A program made the translations under genes and the position numbers. Of a DNA stretch of 64,000 bases, positions 58,274 through 64,000 are shown piece after piece (positions within the stretch are counted from its first letter, which is position 1; every line of letters starts with the position of its first letter). The stretch comes from a virus (taxonomy: Duplodnaviria; Caudoviricetes). The stretch covers positions 1 through 64,000 of the IMG/VR virus record IMGVR_UViG_3300032295_000548, one strand, 5' to 3'. The notes beneath the pieces were generated by a model. That model had not been told where the DNA came from, did not search any database, and saw nothing but the letters and a program-made list of their open reading frames with translations.

Positions 58274-59250
58274 TAGCTATTGAAGCACCGCAACCCTATC
58301 TTGCAGTTACATGGCAAGTTAACAACTTCTGTAACTACAAGTGCAGTTATTGCAATCCAGGCAACTGGGGAGGCACAGACCGCAACGAAGGTAACTTAGA
58401 CATATACCTAGCTAACCTAGAAACTATTATCAATCGTTACAAGAGTGCAGGATATAAGAACTTTAAGTTCTTCTTCAGCGGTGGAGAACCTACAGCATGG
58501 AGTAATTTCATTCCTATCTGTGAATGGATCTATGAAAAGTTACCACGTGCTACTCTAGCAGTTAATACGAACTTGAGCCGCCCATTAGCTTGGTGGCAAA
58601 AACACTATCATCTATTTGATGATGTTGTTGCAAGCTTCCATATTGAATTTGCTGACAAGAAGCGTTATGAGGAAAACTCTATCTTCTTGTGTGATAAGGT
58701 AAACTATCTCTCAACCAAGATGTTAATGCATGAAGAACGATTCTGGGAAGTAGTTGAGTTTGGCAATCACATGAAATCAGTAATGCCAAACTACTTTTTA
58801 GAGTGGACACCGTTGTTTGATGAAATGTCAGTCAACACAGGTCCATGGCACTATAAAGACCCTACAAAAGAAGCTTGGTTACGTGAGCATACTACAGAGA
58901 TTCAGCAGACTAAGCGCAAACCTATGAAGCGTACTACATTGACAGTAAGTTACAATAAGTATGAAGATGGTTCTACTGAAGTATGTAACAGCAACGAAGT
59001 AATCGTTGCAGGTAACAATTTCTTCAATGGTTGGAACTGTAACGTAGGCGATTGTATCTTTATTAACCCTGTGGGTGAGATGAGTCTTGCAAGTTGCGGT
59101 ATGGGTGGCTATGTAGGTCACATACTAGATGATATTAATCGTGTAGGCCCTAAGCAAATCGTATGTGAGAAAGAACATTGTCATTGCGGTACTGATATTA
59201 TTATTCCTAAATTTGATGGTGATTGGTTAGATAAAAATGCAGTTAAATGA
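58258..59250 (+). CDS. Radical SAM protein with C-terminal Cys cluster
   Basis: CNYKCSYC, SGGEP, SFH; C-terminal WNC...SC...CEKEHCHC. Confidence 0.9.
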   Translation: MGKKLIAIEAPQPYLAVTWQVNNFCNYKCSYCNPGNWGGTDRNEGNLDIYLANLETIINRYKSAGYKNFKFFFSGGEPTAWSNFIPICEWIYEKLPRATLAVNTNLSRPLAWWQKHYHLFDDVVASFHIEFADKKRYEENSIFLCDKVNYLSTKMLMHEERFWEVVEFGNHMKSVMPNYFLEWTPLFDEMSVNTGPWHYKDPTKEAWLREHTTEIQQTKRKPMKRTTLTVSYNKYEDGSTEVCNSNEVIVAGNNFFNGWNCNVGDCIFINPVGEMSLASCGMGGYVGHILDDINRVGPKQIVCEKEHCHCGTDIIIPKFDGDWLDKNAVK

Positions 59251-60577
59251 AAATGATCCGTTAAAGATTGTATACAGCTGGATAGGACCAAGAGGTCCTA
59301 TCGTTAACACAGAGTTGCCTAACATTATGAGTTATGCAAGTGTAGGACAAAGTACAGATGCACATGGAAGTAACTTCTTCTGGGCAGATGATATCTATTG
59401 GCGTGTATTCATGCACAATGGCAATCATCCATTAAGTTCGACATTTGGTTTAGAAGAACACGATGCATTCATATATCCATACACATTAGCATGGCGTATA
59501 CAGTTTCAGAACTATTTCTTGAACGGTGGCGGTCTATTTGAATTTAGTCACACTCCGGATCATATTGTACATCAAGTTAGGGATCGTAATGGTTTCTTCT
59601 TGATTGACTATGCGCCTGAAGCATGGGTACAAGACGGTCAGTTACGTGCGATGCATGCCTACTTTGGTCATTATAATCGCATCCCAATGGGTAAGGTCAT
59701 ATACATCACAGGATGCATGAATGCAGTAGAATTATATAATAACTGGTGTGATCGTAACGGTATCCCCGATGATCCTATGCATCGTATGATTATGGTTCCG
59801 TTCCCTATATCACAGCACTCATTATCACAACAACTAGTACATGCTCCGGAAGCAACTTATAATCCTAACACTATCCCTGAAAAACTATTTCTGTGTTGGA
59901 ATCGTAGATTCAGATCACATCGTACACATTTAGCATTAGCACTAGACAAAGCCGGTATTGTTGACCGTAGTTATTATAGCATGAATCTAACAGACCCTGA
60001 AATGAACAGTGTTCATTTTAAAACTACTGTTGATTTATATTCTAACCCATTGTTACAAATAGGTAACAAAGACGTTCAAAACTTTATGGCTAAGTTGCCA
60101 TTAGAAATTGATGGCGAGACTGAAATTCAGCGTATGTGTGGTGACTTTGATGCGGCAGCTAGACCGTTCTATCAGAATAGCTTAGTCAGTATTATTACTG
60201 AGACTAACTTTGAACTAACAGAGTTGACAGCTACTGAAAAGACATGGAAGCCTGCTAAAGAAAAGCACCCGTTTATCATGGTAGGAACAGCCGGAGCATT
60301 ACGAACATTGCGTGAGTTTGGATTTCAAACTTTCGATGAGTTTTGGGATGAGTCTTATGATGAGATCGAAGACCCTAAGCGCCGATTGTATGAAATTATC
60401 AAGGTGTGTAAAGATATTGCTAGTTGGACGCCCGAACAAATATTAGATTTTAAACGTAGAGTTCAACCTATTCTAGAACATAATTACAAAGTGTTGACAA
60501 CAGACACATCAAAAACAGTTGCTAATCGTATACGTAATGAAGTATCTAAACGTTTACGAGATGCACCAAAGGATTAA
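59237..60577 (+). CDS. Putative glycosyltransferase (GT10/fucosyltransferase-like C-terminal motif)
   Basis: FLCWNRR...HR, SIITET...TEKTWKP...HPF, GFQTF..FWDESYD. Confidence 0.5.
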   Translation: MQLNENDPLKIVYSWIGPRGPIVNTELPNIMSYASVGQSTDAHGSNFFWADDIYWRVFMHNGNHPLSSTFGLEEHDAFIYPYTLAWRIQFQNYFLNGGGLFEFSHTPDHIVHQVRDRNGFFLIDYAPEAWVQDGQLRAMHAYFGHYNRIPMGKVIYITGCMNAVELYNNWCDRNGIPDDPMHRMIMVPFPISQHSLSQQLVHAPEATYNPNTIPEKLFLCWNRRFRSHRTHLALALDKAGIVDRSYYSMNLTDPEMNSVHFKTTVDLYSNPLLQIGNKDVQNFMAKLPLEIDGETEIQRMCGDFDAAARPFYQNSLVSIITETNFELTELTATEKTWKPAKEKHPFIMVGTAGALRTLREFGFQTFDEFWDESYDEIEDPKRRLYEIIKVCKDIASWTPEQILDFKRRVQPILEHNYKVLTTDTSKTVANRIRNEVSKRLRDAPKD

Positions 60578-60578
60578 T

Positions 60579-61559
60579 ATGAAAAAGATTTTAGTATGTG
60601 GAGCAGGTGGATTCATTGGGTCTCACTTAGTAAACAAGTTAAAAAGTGAAGGTCACTACGTAGTTGGTGCAGATTTGAAGCAGCCTATCTACGAAGAAAC
60701 TACAGCAGATGAATTCTACCAAGTAGATTTGCGTGAACAAACCAATGTCCGTAGCTTAATGAAAACAGTAAAATTCGATGAAGTATATCAATTAGCGGCT
60801 GACATGGGCGGCGCAGGATATATCTTCACAGGAGAACATGATGCAGATATCATGCACAACAGTGTATTGATTAACCTCAATATTTTAGATAGCATGAGAC
60901 AAGAGGGCATCAGTAAGGTTTTCTATAGTTCTAGCGCATGTATGTACCCTGAACACAATCAACTAGACCCTGACAATCCATTACTGAGTGAAGATAGTGC
61001 ATACCCTGCGAATCCAGACAGTGAATATGGATGGGAGAAGTTATTTAGTGAACGACTATATCTAACTTATGCTAAAAACTATAACATGGATGTGCGAATC
61101 GCCCGATTCCATAATGTATTTGGTCCCTATGGATCATGGAACAACGGCAAAGAAAAAGCTCCAGCCGCATTGTGTCGAAAGGTTGCAACTGTCGAGCCCG
61201 GCGGAACAATTGAAATATGGGGTCCGGGCACTCAAACACGTAGCTTTTTATTCATTGATGAATGCTTAGATGGAGTAGAAAGACTAATGAACAGTGACTT
61301 CACTGGTCCGGTTAATCTAGGTAGTGAACGCATGATATCTATTAACAATCTAGTGTATCTAATTGCAGGCCTTGTTAACAAATCAGTAACTATTAAAAAT
61401 ATACCCGGGCCAATGGGCGTAATGGGTCGCACTAGCGATAACAGATTAATTCGTGAGAAATTAAATTGGTCTCCTACTGAAAACCTGGAGCAAGGATTGA
61501 TGAAGACATACAATTGGATCAGTGAACAGATCAGCAGAGGTCAAAAGGACTTTGAATGA
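60579..61559 (+). CDS. NAD-dependent epimerase, GDP-mannose 3,5-epimerase-like
   Basis: Likely start MKKILV at 60579; GAGGFIG, QLAADMGGAGYI, YSSSACMYP, YGWEK and GKEKAPAALCRK. Confidence 0.9.
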   Translation: MKKILVCGAGGFIGSHLVNKLKSEGHYVVGADLKQPIYEETTADEFYQVDLREQTNVRSLMKTVKFDEVYQLAADMGGAGYIFTGEHDADIMHNSVLINLNILDSMRQEGISKVFYSSSACMYPEHNQLDPDNPLLSEDSAYPANPDSEYGWEKLFSERLYLTYAKNYNMDVRIARFHNVFGPYGSWNNGKEKAPAALCRKVATVEPGGTIEIWGPGTQTRSFLFIDECLDGVERLMNSDFTGPVNLGSERMISINNLVYLIAGLVNKSVTIKNIPGPMGVMGRTSDNRLIREKLNWSPTENLEQGLMKTYNWISEQISRGQKDFE

Positions 61560-62674
61560 TTAAAGTTTATTTAATTGGATTAGGCACCAAAGATACCCGG
61601 GGTAATGGTCAATGGGATGGTATAGTGGAGGAAATTAAAAATATCAATCCTGATAAAATATTATGCATAGGTAATGAAGAAGGATGGCCGTGTTTTTGGT
61701 TTGATAATGATTTACTTGATAAGTTATGGCCGTGGTTAGAAGAACAAAACAAAGTCATTAATTTAATTGGTGGGTTTTCGGATCAAATTGATAATTACTA
61801 TCACCCTAGGGTACAAGCTAAAATTATACATGAAGAATCAGTGGGTTGTTTATTTTGGAATCCTGGCTCTTTGTATGAACACCAACGTGAATCCGTGGAA
61901 CTAGATAAAACAACCAAATTGTTTACATGCTACAATCGTTCTCACAAACTACATAGAGTAATAATGGTAGATGAATTAGTTAGGTATAATTTATTAAATG
62001 ATGGTGTAGTAACAATGCATGATCCTGATCTATATGTCAATGAAGGCGGCCGCCTATATTTTAAGACACCCAGTTCAAAATATGTATGGAAATATCATGA
62101 TGGATCAAAATTAATTGATGAAGAAAACTTTTCATTGCCTTGCCGGCATGGAACCAATCTTATCCCTAAAAGTTATAATCAGGGTTTTTTTGATTTGATT
62201 ACTGAAACTTGTTATGAACCGAATCAGTTTCTTATAACTGAAAAAACACTAAGAGCAATTGGTATGACTAAACCATTTATTGTATTATCGTGCAAAGGGT
62301 ATCATGCATATTTACGTGATAAATTTGGATTTGAATTCTATGATGAAATGTTTGACTATAGTTTTGACCAATGTGATAAATTAGAGGATCGCATTAATGG
62401 TATAATACATAATGTATTACGATTAAAAAATATTTTAACTTCTGAAACAGAAAAAGCTAATCTGTATAATATACTAAAACCAAAACTTAATAGAAATTTA
62501 GAACGCAGAGATGATGTAACTTGGGATACTGATATAGTTATACCTAATAGTATGAGATTTTTATTAGAAGATACTAATTGTAAAGTATACGGAGAACGGA
62601 ACATTGCAATGGTAGACCGTATACATGAAATATTAAATAAAAATGGACATAGTTTGAATTGGGCAGAAATATGA
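61556..62674 (+). CDS. Putative glycosyltransferase (GT10-like motif), AT-rich
   Basis: LFTCYNR...HR, DLITET...TEKTLR...KPF, YDEMFDYSFD. Confidence 0.5.
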   Translation: MIKVYLIGLGTKDTRGNGQWDGIVEEIKNINPDKILCIGNEEGWPCFWFDNDLLDKLWPWLEEQNKVINLIGGFSDQIDNYYHPRVQAKIIHEESVGCLFWNPGSLYEHQRESVELDKTTKLFTCYNRSHKLHRVIMVDELVRYNLLNDGVVTMHDPDLYVNEGGRLYFKTPSSKYVWKYHDGSKLIDEENFSLPCRHGTNLIPKSYNQGFFDLITETCYEPNQFLITEKTLRAIGMTKPFIVLSCKGYHAYLRDKFGFEFYDEMFDYSFDQCDKLEDRINGIIHNVLRLKNILTSETEKANLYNILKPKLNRNLERRDDVTWDTDIVIPNSMRFLLEDTNCKVYGERNIAMVDRIHEILNKNGHSLNWAEI

Positions 62675-62754
62675 AAAAGAAATACATCGTGGGTATACAT
62701 AAAACATATAACTGGATAGTCAAACAAATTGAGTCAGGCAATAATGATCTATGA
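62671..62754 (+). pseudogene. 27-codon chimeric mini-ORF (recombination scar)
   Basis: MKKKYIVG-IH-KTYNWIVKQIESGNNDL. The start matches the gene at 63823 and the end matches the epimerase C-terminus; ATGA overlaps on both sides. Confidence 0.7.
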
Positions 62755-63821
62755 CCCGCGCTTATATAGTTCAGCACTTTCGAGGCAGGGACGAAACCTA
62801 TGACATAGTAGTCAATGATATAAAGAATGTAAACCCTGATATGATTGTAGTCATATCATTAGGGGAAATTAACGTTGAGTATATTTTTCAAACGTTATTT
62901 GATGGGATAGAAAACTGGCTCATAGAACATAACAAATACATGTATGTTTTATGGGCCGGCCCTGATTTGTCAATAAGACAGAATATCAAATGTGTGAATA
63001 CATTAGGAAGCGCATATGGTAACTATGCATGTACAGAGGGTGTAAGTCTATCTAATACCATCGATTTATTAGCTACTGATAAGTTATTTACCTCATACAA
63101 TAACAATGCAAAATACGAGCGTAAATACTTTGTTGACAAGTGTGTTGAAGCTGATTTGATTAAAGAGGGCATTGTAACATATCGATATCCTAATGTACCC
63201 GTCGACCCTAATTATGATTGGCAACATCATGATGGTTCTGTGTTATCAGATGAAGTTGATTTTGTACTGAACAGTTCTAGTCAATTTTCAGCAGGCACAT
63301 TACCTAAAAGCTATCATCGTGGATTCATAGACATAGTTATAGAGACTGATTCACGCAACGGATATTATATTCCAACTGAAAAGAACGCAAAACCTTGGGG
63401 TGCAATGAAACCCTTTCTAACCATATCAAGTCAATATTATCATAAATGGTTGTGTGAAGAATATGATATGGTTCTATACGATGAATTGTTTGATTATACT
63501 TTTGACAATGAAGTAATATTAGAAGCTAGAATTCACGGAGTCATACAGAATCTACTGTCTATCAGAGATAAGTTCAACAGTAATCCTGAATTTAAAAATG
63601 AAATGTATGAGAAAATCAAGCCTAAACTGATTCATAACAGAGAAAAGGCTCTTAGTGTATTTCACACACTAAAAAGAAAAAACAAATTAATTCCTGAGTG
63701 CTTGTCATTCATAACTAAAGAAGATAACTATGAATTAGTAGGGGAAGTCTATAACAATAGAGGCAACTTGCACTTCATAACAAACAAAAGTTGGCATTTA
63801 AATCCTAGATTAGGCATATAA
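62751..63821 (+). CDS. Putative glycosyltransferase (GT10-like motif), paralogue of 61556-62674
   Basis: LFTSYNN, WQHHDGS.L.DE, LPKSY..GFIDIVIET...TEK...KPF, YDELFDYTFD. Confidence 0.5.
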   Translation: MTRAYIVQHFRGRDETYDIVVNDIKNVNPDMIVVISLGEINVEYIFQTLFDGIENWLIEHNKYMYVLWAGPDLSIRQNIKCVNTLGSAYGNYACTEGVSLSNTIDLLATDKLFTSYNNNAKYERKYFVDKCVEADLIKEGIVTYRYPNVPVDPNYDWQHHDGSVLSDEVDFVLNSSSQFSAGTLPKSYHRGFIDIVIETDSRNGYYIPTEKNAKPWGAMKPFLTISSQYYHKWLCEEYDMVLYDELFDYTFDNEVILEARIHGVIQNLLSIRDKFNSNPEFKNEMYEKIKPKLIHNREKALSVFHTLKRKNKLIPECLSFITKEDNYELVGEVYNNRGNLHFITNKSWHLNPRLGI

Positions 63822-63822
63822 C

Positions 63823-64000
63823 ATGAGTAAGAAAAAATATATTGTTGGGTTGGGTTGTAGTTGGACTCAAGGCGAAGGTGGATATCCAGAAGAAATATGG
63901 AATCAATACAACGGTAGAGTACAACTACGGGGAGTTCCTGACTTTCATTTACGTAAGTATGAGCATGAAAACAGTTGGGTAAACCAATTATGTGTCAATC
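63823..64000 (+). CDS. SGNH/GDSL-hydrolase-like protein, truncated by the right edge
   Basis: MSKKKYIVGLGCSWTQGEG...NSWVNQL; GCSWT resembles the GDS(F/W)T block I. Confidence 0.5.
   Translation, partial: MSKKKYIVGLGCSWTQGEGGYPEEIWNQYNGRVQLRGVPDFHLRKYEHENSWVNQLCVN

Noticed and set aside
54363-59250. RiPP cluster interpretation of the radical SAM genes
   Set aside because: No plausible precursor peptide, RRE domain, protease or exporter; the neighbours are sugar enzymes, and the only mini-ORF is explained as a recombination scar
1-64000. Stop-codon reassignment, since no accepted gene ends in TAG
   Set aside because: Genes are intact under the standard code, including a 6494-codon ORF with no in-frame TAG or TGA; TAG is simply avoided

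Overview
This window is part of the genome of a large T4-like (myovirus-type) tailed phage, AT-rich and using the standard genetic code. The minus strand carries the head module (major capsid gp23, cut by the left edge; scaffold gp22; protease gp21; two core proteins; portal gp20) and a tape-measure-like protein with a GH19-type muralytic domain. Divergent from that is a gp26/gp51-like gene pair that appears to be joined by a -1 ribosomal frameshift. Next comes a ~580-bp structured non-coding region and a minus-strand recombination/transcription block (Holliday junction resolvase, gp46, an inserted sulfotransferase-like gene, gp47, late sigma factor gp55). The plus strand then runs through the baseplate (gp48/54-like, gp53, hub, a gp5 spike with a long extension, gp25, gp6, a 6494-aa multidomain protein, fibre-like genes). 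It continues into a tightly coupled cluster of glycosyltransferase-like genes, four radical SAM enzymes, a GDP-mannose 3,5-epimerase and an SGNH-like gene cut by the right edge. The main leads are: (1) a putative late-expressed radical-SAM/glycan tailoring pathway attached to the tail operon; (2) a candidate ~400-nt structured RNA followed by DNA-type GAA-triloop hairpins, possibly an RNA-primed origin; (3) the -1 frameshift signal; (4) a chimeric 27-codon scar recording tandem cassette acquisition; (5) apparently leaderless mRNAs. All product calls come from motif recognition and gene order; no database searches were run.
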